Shown here in pieces: positions 1 through 10,728 of a stretch of 64,000 bases of DNA. This DNA comes from a virus. Taxonomy: Duplodnaviria > Caudoviricetes. The notes beneath the pieces were generated by a model. That model was given only the letters and a program-made list of their open reading frames with translations, was not told the DNA's origin and searched no databases. The stretch lies in the IMG/VR virus record IMGVR_UViG_3300010149_000008. The stretch is one strand, 5' to 3'. Each line of letters opens with the position of its first letter. Position 1 is the first letter of the stretch. The translations under genes and the position numbers were made by a program.

Positions 1-3000
1 TCTTTGCTCACTTCTTACGGAGGCTTATCAGCTAAAAGTTCTGATCAGACTCAGATTGCTTCTCAAGCTGTTGAAAACATGGCTAGTCAGTCTAAAAAAA
101 TTGATCAAGCTGCTTCAAAGTCTCAAAGCATGTCAAACGAGTTAAACGAAGTTGCTAATACAAAATCTGTTATTGATAATATAACATCAAATAGCAAAAA
201 AGTTAGTACAGACATTTCACAAAGTATGGAAACAGCAGCTAAGTCTGTAGATAAATCAAAAATAGATATATCAAAGTCTTCTATGCAATCTAAAAAGTCA
301 AATGAAGATATTTTAAAAACAGGCGACTTGCTTAATGCTACAGGTGATATACACAAAAACTTAGACAAGACAAGCAAAGAAATTTTAGAAATAAAAGATA
401 CTGTTAAAGGACAGTCTACTTTATTAAAAGTATGGACTAAAATAGTATCAATGCTAGTTAAGGTAAAAGATGCGCTATTTACAGGTGGCTTATCTTTATT
501 TAAAGATATACCAATGATGTTAATTAATTTTGCAAAATCAGCATTAAATATTTTTACATCTTTAATAGGCTCATTGACAAAATTTCTTGCATTTACAACC
601 ACACTACCTTTTACAATCGCAAAAATTGCTGTAGGTATAGGTAATCAAATAAGAACTGATTTAGTTGAAACTATACAGGGTGCTGGTGAAGAAGCAAAAG
701 AGTCTTTTGATTTAACATCAGCTATTGGTAAAAATGCAGATAAAATGACACAAACTGCTAAGGGCCTTCTTAAAACTTTTCAAAACCCTAAGTCTAGACT
801 AGTAAAACTTTTTGGTCTAGGCGCTTCAGGTGCTGCAACATTTCTCAAAGAAACTTTTAAAGCTGTCGATGATATGGGTCACTATGCTGAAATTTTTGGT
901 CCATCTATCTTAGGGAGTACAGAGAACGGTCAATTTGTTATAGAAATGCAACGAGCAATGGGAATAGGCTCAAAAGAAATGGCATATTACGCACTAGAAG
1001 CATATAACGCAGGTGAGCATCCTATTGATACTCTTACTAGAACTAGTGAAGTTATAAAAGCTGTTGCTGATAGGAATGATCAAGACTTTAAAGCACTTAC
1101 AAAAGACTTTCATGCACTTAGGACAAATATATCTGAATTTGGACATTTATCTTCAAATGAAATTGCTGATTTGACAGGCAAACTTAGGTCAATGAAAGTT
1201 AAAACAGAAGATGCTGTTAATGTATTTAAAAAGTTTACTACTTTTGAAGAAGCTGCAAAAACTTCTGCAATGCTTTTTCAAACTTTTGAAATGAACATAG
1301 ACGCATTTGATTTATTAAATTCAAGAGATCCAGGCGAAATGCTACAACAATTTAGAGACGCAATGTTTCAGTCAGGCAAAGCGTTTAAAGATCTAAATAG
1401 ACATGAAAAATCTTTAATGGCATCTATAACAGGAGTATCTGAGCAAGGTCTTTCCTCATTAATGAACTATATGAATTTAGGATTAACTCAAGACGAAGCT
1501 AGAAAAAAGCTAGAAGCTCAAGATCCAACTAAAGAACAAGAAAAAATGATTAAAGGTCTAACTTCTACAATAAAATTAGTTCAAAAAACAATGACTTTTT
1601 CAAACCCATTCCAAGCTTTCTTTGCAGGTCTAAGCGACAACGCAATGAACCAAAAAGAGTTGCAAAAAAAATTAATTTCTTTAAGCACAATATATTCTAA
1701 AATTAGAGATATGGGAGCTAGCTTAAATTTATCAAGTGTAAGTGCAGCTTTAAATCCAATAATCAAGGTTTTAAAAAATTTCGATGAAACAGTAAACGGT
1801 GACGGATTTAAAAAAGTCATGGCGATAACAGTAGGTACTGCTAGCAGATTTTTAACACATTTTTCTCATGATATAGAAACTGATCCTAATAAGCTTAAGA
1901 CAATAAACAAGATGTCTGTAGAAGAGAGAGTCAATGAACTCTATAGAGATCTTAGCAGCATGACAAGTTCTGGCGGTTCTCTCTTTCAAAACATGGTTAC
2001 AGTTGGTGGAAAAATAATGGGTGGAATTATTAAAGGTGCAATTTACGGAATTACTGCAGCATTTCATTTATTAGCAGGAGGCACAGATAAGGCAGTTACA
2101 TCGTTAGGTCTTACAATGACAGATCAAATGAAAGAAGATGCTGCTAAAAAAGGAATTCCAGTAAAAGAATACACAATATTAAATTGGTTAGGCATTAGCG
2201 AAAATGATGCTGATGGTATAAGTAATTCATTAGGCACAGCTGTAGGTGACTTTGTAACAAAACTGCCTTCTTTGATGTCAATGGCTTCTTCAGTTTTAGA
2301 AGATTTGTCTGAAGTACTATTACAATTTGCAGGTTCTTTGTTAGGAATTCTTGGTAGCATGACTTCAGAATACTATGACAGCTCAAATAGATTTACACAG
2401 GCAGGTCTTAGAGCAATGGGTTTTGATATTGAAGCAGCAAGATATGCAAAAGACGGTGTTGGTTCTGGAGAAAGTCTAAATATGGACATGTCAGAGCTTA
2501 TAAGTAAAACGCATGTAAAAGGAGAGTTAAAAGAAGGTTATATAGGCACATACATAAGTTATATCGAAGACTTGCAAAAATCATTTCCTCAAGGATCTCC
2601 TGCTCATAACTTTTTAAACAGTCCAAAAACTTCTCAAAATATAAACTATATTAAAAATACTGGAAATTTTAAATTTGATACGCTTGGCAGTATAATTGAT
2701 GATGCAGAAGAACCGCAAAGAGCACAGGCAATACTTGACATAGCAAAGAACGCATACAAAGTAAACTCTTATATGCCTTACGAAGTTTTCAATTTGTTTA
2801 AAGGAGTTGAAAATAAACCGAAGTGGTACGATAAAGATGCTAATTTTGCGAATAAAAAATCAAAAGAACTATCAAATGCTTTAATAAAAGGACCAGATAT
2901 TGATGGACATTATAGCAGTGATGAAAATTTAGTCTTTAGTTCTGCAAATAATGTAATTAAGTCTCAAGGTCTTGCAATTAATACTTTACAAAGACTAATT

Positions 3001-3429
3001 GATTCTAAAAAAATTATTAATAATAAAGGAAAATACGAATTGCCTCAAAGCGTACAAGACTTAGAGTACACAGGTAAAAATACAGTTCTTGTTACACCTG
3101 ATAAAAATTATTTTTTAGATGATTTTGACACAGTATTAGCAGCTAAAAAAGGCGGATTTTTAAATAACTTGTTTATTGGATTAACAGACTACTTCGGTCA
3201 GTCAAAAGAAATTAGTGAAATAAAAATTATAGGTTTAAAAAAAGAGCTAAACAAAGCTGAAGCTTCTGTAAACAAACTTTCAGACAATATTTTAGATAGA
3301 AAAAGTTTGGACTACGAAGCAGACGAAGAAGATTTTGTTAAATTGTTTGATTTATATGACAATATAATAAGTATAATTACAAATAAAGAAAACAAACCAG
3401 TAAAGACAAAAGTAGCATTTGACGTATAA
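1..3429 (+). CDS. Tape-measure-like tail protein, paralog 1 (5' end probably outside the window)
   Basis: Long helical Ala/Ser/Lys-rich ORF whose frame is open from base 1. Clear blocks of similarity to the next gene (GNQIRTDLVE, FKKFTTFEEAA..QTFEMNIDAFD). Lies upstream of baseplate genes. Confidence 0.7.
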   Translation, partial: SLLTSYGGLSAKSSDQTQIASQAVENMASQSKKIDQAASKSQSMSNELNEVANTKSVIDNITSNSKKVSTDISQSMETAAKSVDKSKIDISKSSMQSKKSNEDILKTGDLLNATGDIHKNLDKTSKEILEIKDTVKGQSTLLKVWTKIVSMLVKVKDALFTGGLSLFKDIPMMLINFAKSALNIFTSLIGSLTKFLAFTTTLPFTIAKIAVGIGNQIRTDLVETIQGAGEEAKESFDLTSAIGKNADKMTQTAKGLLKTFQNPKSRLVKLFGLGASGAATFLKETFKAVDDMGHYAEIFGPSILGSTENGQFVIEMQRAMGIGSKEMAYYALEAYNAGEHPIDTLTRTSEVIKAVADRNDQDFKALTKDFHALRTNISEFGHLSSNEIADLTGKLRSMKVKTEDAVNVFKKFTTFEEAAKTSAMLFQTFEMNIDAFDLLNSRDPGEMLQQFRDAMFQSGKAFKDLNRHEKSLMASITGVSEQGLSSLMNYMNLGLTQDEARKKLEAQDPTKEQEKMIKGLTSTIKLVQKTMTFSNPFQAFFAGLSDNAMNQKELQKKLISLSTIYSKIRDMGASLNLSSVSAALNPIIKVLKNFDETVNGDGFKKVMAITVGTASRFLTHFSHDIETDPNKLKTINKMSVEERVNELYRDLSSMTSSGGSLFQNMVTVGGKIMGGIIKGAIYGITAAFHLLAGGTDKAVTSLGLTMTDQMKEDAAKKGIPVKEYTILNWLGISENDADGISNSLGTAVGDFVTKLPSLMSMASSVLEDLSEVLLQFAGSLLGILGSMTSEYYDSSNRFTQAGLRAMGFDIEAARYAKDGVGSGESLNMDMSELISKTHVKGELKEGYIGTYISYIEDLQKSFPQGSPAHNFLNSPKTSQNINYIKNTGNFKFDTLGSIIDDAEEPQRAQAILDIAKNAYKVNSYMPYEVFNLFKGVENKPKWYDKDANFANKKSKELSNALIKGPDIDGHYSSDENLVFSSANNVIKSQGLAINTLQRLIDSKKIINNKGKYELPQSVQDLEYTGKNTVLVTPDKNYFLDDFDTVLAAKKGGFLNNLFIGLTDYFGQSKEISEIKIIGLKKELNKAEASVNKLSDNILDRKSLDYEADEEDFVKLFDLYDNIISIITNKENKPVKTKVAFDV

Positions 3430-3443
3430 AACAAGGATAAAAA

Positions 3444-6400
3444 ATGGCAGACGAAACAGAAAACAATCCTAATGATCCTAATTCAAGTAATACGTCAGCT
3501 ATAGATGCAAGTCAAACTGACTTGGCTAAAGAGCTAAATAGTGTTCTTGAACAAGTTGCAAACAGACTTGAAAAAATAAATGAAATTACAAAAAGTCAAG
3601 CAGACATGATGATTAACATGGCTCAGACATTCCAAGGTGTTCAAAGTAGTGTTTCAAATATGTCTCAAAGTGCTGAAATAATAACTGAAAGTATTGCACA
3701 AGCTGCTGAGACTGTTATAACTAATATTGATTCTCAATCAATGCAAAACGTTTCACAAAGTCTAGAGGAAGTAAGTGAAACTGCATCTAAAGGCTTGACT
3801 GCAAATTCAAAAAGCTTGACAGGCTTAAAAGAAAGTGTAACTAGCGCTGCAGCTAGCTGTCAAAGTGTGTCTGAAAGTTTATCTGGTGTTAGCGATGACA
3901 TAAGCGGTAACATGTCACAAATTAGTGATGACATACTGACTTTTAGAGAAAATACAAAAGGTTTAAAAGTAGAATCAAGAAGCTTTGTTGAAGCAATTAA
4001 AGAGTTAGATGAAAAAATATCCAATTTAGTAGGAGGTATTGCGTCTACATTTAAAAATATATTTATGGGTGCTTTTGGCATGATAAAAACTGTTGTAAGC
4101 TCTATAGGTTCTCTTGTAGGCGCTGCAACTCAATTTGTTAAATTTTCTTTAACAATACCTTTTACCATAGTGCAAGAAGCTGCAAAGCTAGGTAATCAAA
4201 TAAGGACAGATCTTGTAGAAGTCATTCAACAGTCTGCCGAAGATCTTAAAGAAAGCTTTGACTTTGAATCAAGCATAGGCCAAGGAATTCAAGAAATGAC
4301 TGCTAGAGGAAAAGGAATGCTATTAGAATTCCAAAACCCATCAAGCGAGTTAGTCAAGTTATTTGATATGGGTGCAAGTGGTATTGCTAATATGATCAAA
4401 GAAGTTGGGACAAATGTTGCTGCAATGGGACATTTTTCTGAAATATTTGGAAGAAGTATTATGGGCGACGAAAAAAGACTTAAAAATTTTACTAAAATGG
4501 TTAGAGGTTTTGGTTTTTCTTCAGAGGACATCCAGTATATGGCGTTAGATGCATCAGTCAACTTAGAGCATATTAATGTTAGAATGGCAAAGTTAGGTGT
4601 AACTTTAGAATCAACAGCTAAAGAGTTTGGTGTTGATAGAAAGAGGCTTTCAAAAAACTTTATGATCATGCGTAAAAACATTACGCAATTCGGTCACCTG
4701 TCAGATGAAGAAATTGCTTCAACAACAGCAAGATTAACGCAAATGAGAATTAAGCTAGAAGACGCTGTCGCTGTATTCGATAAGTTTAAAACTTTTGAAG
4801 ACGCTGCAAATTCTGTTGCAATATTATCACAAACTTTTGGTATGAATCTCGATGCGTTTGATATGATACAAGCTAAAAATCCAGAAGATATTATTAATAT
4901 GTTTAGAAATTCTATGCTTGAAACTGGCAGGGCTTTTGAAGATTTAAATAGGTTTGAGAAAGACTTGATGGCACAGCATACAGGAATGTCTGCAGAGTCT
5001 TTAGCAGCGCTTATGAATTATAGAGACTTAGGTTTAACACATCAAGAAGCAGTTGACAAAATGGCTTCTGAAAGACCTGAGGCTAAGCAAATGGCTTCAC
5101 TTAAAAAACTTAATAGCGCAATAAAAGAAGTTCAAAAAGTCATGACTTTCGATAGCCCTTTTAAAGCATTTGCATCAGGTGTCGCAGATAGCACAACTCT
5201 TACGGGAGAACTAAAAGATGTAATGGTTTCTCTAAGTCAAGGATACGAAGGAATATACAATTACGCTAAAAAACTAGATCCTAAAACATGGAGTGGACTA
5301 GTTAAACCTATAAACAGTATTATTAATATAATGTTAGGAATTTTTAAGAGTAAAGCATTTAAAGGAGGACTAACAAAAACTGTAGAAGTTATGTCTCATT
5401 TCATAGGTCAGCTTTTTAATTTTGATGAACCTACAAAAGCTTTACAAAATAGTGCAGTTGCAGCATCAAATGCAGGTAAAGAGCTAAGTGATGGAATGAA
5501 ATCAATTGGCGCAGCAAATGAAAAAAATGTAGGTGTCTTAGTCAATTTGAGTGGTAGAATAATGGGTGGTATTATTAAAGGAGCAGCAATTGGCTTTACA
5601 GCATTACTAATGACTGCAAATGATGGTATTGACACGCTTAAAACAAAGATGGATGCAAGAAACCCTTATAAGAACATAATTGAAACGTTTTTTGGATGGA
5701 ATCCGGGTGATGTTACAAAAATGGGCGACTCATTAAAGAATGCAGTTACTGACTTCTTTTCAAAGTCAGACGGTATGATTAGTTTAACCGGTTGGTTAAT
5801 GGAAGGCTTTGGTGATATTTTTGAAGTAGTTATTGGCATTTTTGGAGGTGCTCTAGCTGCTGGAATTGATAAGATTTTTGGTACACAATTTGGTGCAAAG
5901 CCAAGTGTTGCTTTAGCACAAACTTCTTTGAAAAGTCAAAGAAAACCAGCTAGTGAAACAATGCAAGAAATATCTGAAACTTTAGGTAAAGAAGGGACAG
6001 TTAATAGAAAAAATCTAGCTTCAATGATACACGACTTAAATGACAGAGCATCAACTGTAACTGACAAAGGACAAAAAGCACAGCTACAAACTGTAATAGA
6101 AAGTCTTAAGACAAGATTTACAGAAGAAGGTAATTCTGAGGATGATTTTAGAAATATTGCACTTCAAACAGCTGCAGTTATGCAAGGAATAAGTCAAGGT
6201 GCTTATAAAGGAAGAGATCTTTCTACTATACAGCAAATTAATGCACAAGACGATTTTGCAAACGCTGATGATCATGCTGTACATGGTAATATTGCAACTG
6301 CAGGTTTAGCAGGCGCTGGAGGAGTGCTTTTAGCTTCAAAAATGGCAGCAATGCTTCCGTTCCTTTCAGCAATACCTGGTGTTAATGTAGTTGCAGCAGG

Positions 6401-7304
6401 TGCACTCGGATTGGCTGGAGCAGGAATGATGGCTTACGGCTTGTATGATTGGTTTACAAGTAAAGAAACAAAATCAGTAACTACAGCCCGAGAATTTGAT
6501 AAGTACATGGAAAATAAAATAACTTCAAAGTTAATGGGTAGTCTTGTACAAGGCAGTGATTTTGCGCCTTATTTTAATAATATCTACTTTAAATCTTTCT
6601 GGGCAAATTATGGTGAAGAAATAACAGCTGCAGCTAAAAAATCTAAAGATTCAGGATATATGAACAGCATAAGCCCAGAATTTGAAGTAGGTAATTTTGC
6701 GGGTAGTCCTTATTACCAAAAAATATTTAAAAATACACTTAAAGGTGGACTTACGACTTACGAAGAACAATCAAATACTATTTTAGAACAAAAGCCAAGT
6801 GGTCCTAGTGAAGAGATGGTAAAAGATGGACAATCAGTTGGTGACTTAGAGTTTTTAAACAAGTATATAAATGTAAGTCAAAGCAAAAACATTTTAAACA
6901 ATTTACTAGCATCTGTATCTTTACCTAGTCTTTTTGAAGAAGAAACAAGCGCTACAACAATTGCTGCTTCAAATTATTCAGGTGCAAAAGAAATTAAAAT
7001 AAATAGAAGTAATCGATTGACTAAACAAAAAGTTGAAGATCAAAATCAAAAGCTAACTCAACTTAAAAAGAAGTTAGAAGAAGAAAATATTGAAGTTACA
7101 GCAGACTTTGTCTTTACAAACGAAATTATAGACAAGCTAATGAAGTCGATGGCAAAGAGTAATCTTGTTAGAATATTAGGCATGCCTGAGTATACAAATG
7201 GTGTCATGAGCTTAACAGAGAGTGCATTAGGGTCTAGATGCTTTAACATTGGCAGTGATGGTACTGCTGCGACAATAGAAACAGTCCAGCCTTCTGGAAG
7301 TTAA
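3444..7304 (+). CDS. Tape-measure-like tail protein, paralog 2
   Basis: 1286 aa, coiled-coil N-terminus, Gly/Ala-rich hydrophobic segment (GLAGAGGVLLASKMAAMLPFLSAIPGVNVVAAGALGLAGAGMMAYG), RBS AAGGA, tail-module context. Confidence 0.72.
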   Translation: MADETENNPNDPNSSNTSAIDASQTDLAKELNSVLEQVANRLEKINEITKSQADMMINMAQTFQGVQSSVSNMSQSAEIITESIAQAAETVITNIDSQSMQNVSQSLEEVSETASKGLTANSKSLTGLKESVTSAAASCQSVSESLSGVSDDISGNMSQISDDILTFRENTKGLKVESRSFVEAIKELDEKISNLVGGIASTFKNIFMGAFGMIKTVVSSIGSLVGAATQFVKFSLTIPFTIVQEAAKLGNQIRTDLVEVIQQSAEDLKESFDFESSIGQGIQEMTARGKGMLLEFQNPSSELVKLFDMGASGIANMIKEVGTNVAAMGHFSEIFGRSIMGDEKRLKNFTKMVRGFGFSSEDIQYMALDASVNLEHINVRMAKLGVTLESTAKEFGVDRKRLSKNFMIMRKNITQFGHLSDEEIASTTARLTQMRIKLEDAVAVFDKFKTFEDAANSVAILSQTFGMNLDAFDMIQAKNPEDIINMFRNSMLETGRAFEDLNRFEKDLMAQHTGMSAESLAALMNYRDLGLTHQEAVDKMASERPEAKQMASLKKLNSAIKEVQKVMTFDSPFKAFASGVADSTTLTGELKDVMVSLSQGYEGIYNYAKKLDPKTWSGLVKPINSIINIMLGIFKSKAFKGGLTKTVEVMSHFIGQLFNFDEPTKALQNSAVAASNAGKELSDGMKSIGAANEKNVGVLVNLSGRIMGGIIKGAAIGFTALLMTANDGIDTLKTKMDARNPYKNIIETFFGWNPGDVTKMGDSLKNAVTDFFSKSDGMISLTGWLMEGFGDIFEVVIGIFGGALAAGIDKIFGTQFGAKPSVALAQTSLKSQRKPASETMQEISETLGKEGTVNRKNLASMIHDLNDRASTVTDKGQKAQLQTVIESLKTRFTEEGNSEDDFRNIALQTAAVMQGISQGAYKGRDLSTIQQINAQDDFANADDHAVHGNIATAGLAGAGGVLLASKMAAMLPFLSAIPGVNVVAAGALGLAGAGMMAYGLYDWFTSKETKSVTTAREFDKYMENKITSKLMGSLVQGSDFAPYFNNIYFKSFWANYGEEITAAAKKSKDSGYMNSISPEFEVGNFAGSPYYQKIFKNTLKGGLTTYEEQSNTILEQKPSGPSEEMVKDGQSVGDLEFLNKYINVSQSKNILNNLLASVSLPSLFEEETSATTIAASNYSGAKEIKINRSNRLTKQKVEDQNQKLTQLKKKLEEENIEVTADFVFTNEIIDKLMKSMAKSNLVRILGMPEYTNGVMSLTESALGSRCFNIGSDGTAATIETVQPSGS

Positions 7305-7319
7305 AAGTGAGAATGTATT

Positions 7320-7577
7320 ATGAATAAATTAGATGTAAAAGAAGTGATTACAAAACTTGGACTTGACAAGGCACTATGCAAAGCATTTGCTAAAAAGACT
7401 GGAAAGACCGAGGAAGAATATTTAAAAATGTTTAACGAAATTGCAGAAAAAGAACTTAATGCTATTGGAAAATCACTAGTTGAAGGTCAAATAGATGAAA
7501 CTAAGTTCTCTCGATTACGAGGTTTGTCTCTGCAAGATTTTATGAAAGATAATGATAATATTATCAAGGACAAATAA
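7320..7577 (+). CDS. Hypothetical protein (tail module)
   Basis: 85-aa ORF tightly packed between tail genes. No recognisable motif. Confidence 0.6.
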   Translation: MNKLDVKEVITKLGLDKALCKAFAKKTGKTEEEYLKMFNEIAEKELNAIGKSLVEGQIDETKFSRLRGLSLQDFMKDNDNIIKDK

Positions 7578-7579
7578 AA

Positions 7580-10423
7580 ATGGCAAACAAGTATATTCTC
7601 AATCCTGATGGGTCGATACAAAAATATAAAGAAGATGCAAGCCAAGAGCTTGAAGGAAAAATATATCCAGACAAATTAACTGATGATGATGAGAGTTCTT
7701 ATTTAAGTGATTTACCTGCAGCAAAACAACTCAATAATACTATTTATGATGGTGTTCAAGCAGATATAGACTTTGGTTCGTTGTCAGATGATGCTGATTC
7801 AGGACATAAAAAAATAATATCTAATATCGAAAACGACAAGAGTTTTGGTTTTATTGACACAGATGGCAATGTAAAAGATACTCCTGGGAAAATATCTTCT
7901 TATACCCCCTTTAATTCTTATAGCGAAGTCAACGAAAAAGATGAAAAAATAAAAACAGTTGTCTTTGCAGATGAACTAGAAATGTTAGGAGGAATTAGAC
8001 TTGATGCGGATGCTCTAGACATTTCAGGGAAATTATTAGGTGCACTTTTTTCTTACTTTGCCGAGTCTATACTAAGAATAGTACTTGTTGAAGTAATTGT
8101 AATAGCAAATAAAGCTTTTGTTGCAGCAAATGGAAGTCAAACATCTACTTTTGAAAGATATAGCCTTAGAATAGGCAGATATGATTTTACAGAATTTGAT
8201 TTGTTTTCTAGATATGTCTTTAATGTTTTAAACTATCCACACGAAAGTTCAGGCACTGTTCAAAGAATTCTTGCTTATTTTGCAGGGTTTACGCAATGGC
8301 TAGCACCAGATATGTTAATAGACTTTGATGAAATTTTAAAAGAAACTAAAAAACAAAACAATAAGCTAGAGTTTGCTGTTAGCGCTTTTGATCCTAATTG
8401 GGCTAAGGCTTTAATGGTTATTGCAGAAAGTCTTGTAAGTATTGGGCTTGCTGCGTTATCAAATCAAACAGTCAATAATAGAGCAAACCTCCTATTTAGA
8501 AAATTTTATCAAGAAAGACACTGGAATCAAGAAATACTCTACAAAGCTAAAGAAAAAGAAGCTGCTGTTCCAGACTTATTTACAGACTTAAACTATTATT
8601 ACTTTAAGTTTTATATAGAAAGAATACAAATTGGCTTAAAATATATCAATAAGTACGTTTATAAATACACGTATCTTAGAGATAATGCAATAGATTCACC
8701 TTTCAATAGAGTTTCAGGAAACAAATCAAACAAAAATATTGATGCTGCTATTGAATTAATGACTTTTGATGGAAAAGCACTTACAGGTGACATCGCAGAA
8801 ATATTAACTCAAGGTGAATATAAACCAGAGAAAAGTACTGTGAAACCCACAGCTGTAGCTGCAGCAGCTGCAGCTGCAGCGGCTATAGGCTTAGATGCAC
8901 CTGCAGACGCAAGTTCACGTTCTCAGCAAGCAATAAAGTCTTATAGCTGGTTATATAAAGACTCTGATGGAGAGAAAACAGACGATGAAATATCTATAGC
9001 TAAAGGTAAAAAACCTGGCCAATCTACGAGAATAAGAGCTTTGCCGCAGATGTTTTCAATGCATCCGTCACTTTATAGAGCGTTAGCAGCAAATGGAAAG
9101 ACAGATATAAAATTAGGTAAAGATTTAATGCAAAATTTTTATACACTTTCTGATGATGAAAAAAGAATTCCTGATTATGCTGTGACTGAAATTGAAAATG
9201 CATTAGAGGCAGAGTATATGCCTTTTTACTTGCATGACATTAGAACGAACGAGATTTTGTCTTTTCATGCTTTTATAGAAAGTATAACTGACTCTTTTAA
9301 TCCAGAATACAACTCTAGCAGCGGTTTTGGTAGAATTGATGATGTTCGAACATATGTAAAAACAACAAGAAATATTAATGTATCTTTTACACTAGCATCA
9401 ACATCAGAGTCTGATCATGATTTAATGTGGTATCAAATAAATAAAATTGTTGCAATGGTATATCCACAATGGTCTGATGGCTTTAATGTCTTAGAGAGAA
9501 AAGAAGGTGAAGTTGTATTTGACAAAAGCGGCAATCCAAAAATAGATTTTAAATATCCTTTTACACAAGTACCAAATGCTTCACCTTTAGTAAGACTAAG
9601 AGTTGGTGACGTTATTAAAAGCAACTATAGTAGAACAAACCTTTCTAGACTTCACGGAGTAGGCGAAAGACAGGCAGACTTAGGTGCTGAAAAAGCATTA
9701 GATGCAAGCAATCGACATTATGAACTATTACCGGGAAATTACAAAGTAGATCAAGGAGGCTCAGATATTTTAGGCTTAACTCTTTCTTTTGGTAAAAGAC
9801 CAATGATGGTTACAATAGATTCTCCTGTTAAAATAGCAGAACTTATAGATAGTGCAGCTGATGAAGACAACTTTTATAAAGTTAAAATTGCTAATCCTTT
9901 TTATAGTGAAAACGAAGCAAAGTCAGTTGCAGATATTTTTAAACTACCTCCTGAGATACCAGCTGATGAAACAATCGAAGTTTATGCAGATGCATCAAAA
10001 ATAGTTGCAAGTCAAATTCACAAACTCAGTAAAGGAGGAGCTGCAGACGATCTTATGAAGCCTATGAAAGATGGAAAAGTTAATAATCCTATAACTAAGT
10101 CTTATGAAAGTGGAATGAGTAGAGGCTTGGCAGGATTTATAACGCAGTTAGATGTTAATTACAATGAAGTGCCTTGGGAGACTAGTAGAGTAGGTTCGAA
10201 AGCGCCAATGTTAGTAAAGTTAACCATAAACTTTGCACCAATTCATGATATACCTCCTGGGTTAGATCATAATGGAATGCTTAGAGCACCTGTTTATAAT
10301 GTAGGTAGAATAAACAACGAGTTTTTTGGAGACCCTAAGGATCACACGTATACAGGTTCTGGAAGAGACTTAGCAATGGCTAAATATAAATTTTTAAAAT
10401 ATAAAGAAGGATCAGGTAATTAA
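7580..10423 (+). CDS. Baseplate / tail-tube-initiator-like protein
   Basis: Segments PFYLHDIRTNEILSFHAFIESITDSFNPEY...GRIDDVRTYVKTTRNINVSFTL and GFITQLDVNYNEVPWET...APMLVKLTINFAPIHD resemble the tube-like baseplate proteins of contractile-tailed phages. Lies between the TMP and LysM/hub genes. Confidence 0.55.
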   Translation: MANKYILNPDGSIQKYKEDASQELEGKIYPDKLTDDDESSYLSDLPAAKQLNNTIYDGVQADIDFGSLSDDADSGHKKIISNIENDKSFGFIDTDGNVKDTPGKISSYTPFNSYSEVNEKDEKIKTVVFADELEMLGGIRLDADALDISGKLLGALFSYFAESILRIVLVEVIVIANKAFVAANGSQTSTFERYSLRIGRYDFTEFDLFSRYVFNVLNYPHESSGTVQRILAYFAGFTQWLAPDMLIDFDEILKETKKQNNKLEFAVSAFDPNWAKALMVIAESLVSIGLAALSNQTVNNRANLLFRKFYQERHWNQEILYKAKEKEAAVPDLFTDLNYYYFKFYIERIQIGLKYINKYVYKYTYLRDNAIDSPFNRVSGNKSNKNIDAAIELMTFDGKALTGDIAEILTQGEYKPEKSTVKPTAVAAAAAAAAAIGLDAPADASSRSQQAIKSYSWLYKDSDGEKTDDEISIAKGKKPGQSTRIRALPQMFSMHPSLYRALAANGKTDIKLGKDLMQNFYTLSDDEKRIPDYAVTEIENALEAEYMPFYLHDIRTNEILSFHAFIESITDSFNPEYNSSSGFGRIDDVRTYVKTTRNINVSFTLASTSESDHDLMWYQINKIVAMVYPQWSDGFNVLERKEGEVVFDKSGNPKIDFKYPFTQVPNASPLVRLRVGDVIKSNYSRTNLSRLHGVGERQADLGAEKALDASNRHYELLPGNYKVDQGGSDILGLTLSFGKRPMMVTIDSPVKIAELIDSAADEDNFYKVKIANPFYSENEAKSVADIFKLPPEIPADETIEVYADASKIVASQIHKLSKGGAADDLMKPMKDGKVNNPITKSYESGMSRGLAGFITQLDVNYNEVPWETSRVGSKAPMLVKLTINFAPIHDIPPGLDHNGMLRAPVYNVGRINNEFFGDPKDHTYTGSGRDLAMAKYKFLKYKEGSGN
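8852..8883 (+). repeat. GCN codon run encoding a poly-Ala linker (AVAAAAAAAA)
   Basis: gctgtagctgcagcagctgcagctgcagcggc read directly from the sequence. Confidence 0.8.
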
Positions 10424-10425
10424 CT

Positions 10426-10728
10426 ATGTCAAAATTTATAAGTAGGAAAGGTGGCATACCAAATCTTTCGTCTGCTATTTACTATGCTGTTGAAAATGGT
10501 ACAATAAGATTTAATACAGTTGTAGCAGATGGTAGAAGACTTGATCACTATGCTCAAGAATTTTATGGTAATGGTTTAAACTGGTGGATTATTGCAGCTG
10601 CAAGTGGAATTAGATGGCCTCTTGGAATTGGAGCAGGAGTAGCAAACAAAGGATCCATAGGAGACGACAGTATAGTGTTGTTTATACCGAACATAGAAGA
10701 CGTAATAAAACTCAAAGCAGGTAGATAA
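10426..10728 (+). CDS. LysM-like baseplate wedge protein (P2 gpX / T4 gp53-like)
   Basis: RLDHYAQEFYGNGLNWWIIAAASGI matches the RLD.lA..yYG....WW.Ia.aN pattern. It sits directly before the hub gene. Confidence 0.7.
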   Translation: MSKFISRKGGIPNLSSAIYYAVENGTIRFNTVVADGRRLDHYAQEFYGNGLNWWIIAAASGIRWPLGIGAGVANKGSIGDDSIVLFIPNIEDVIKLKAGR

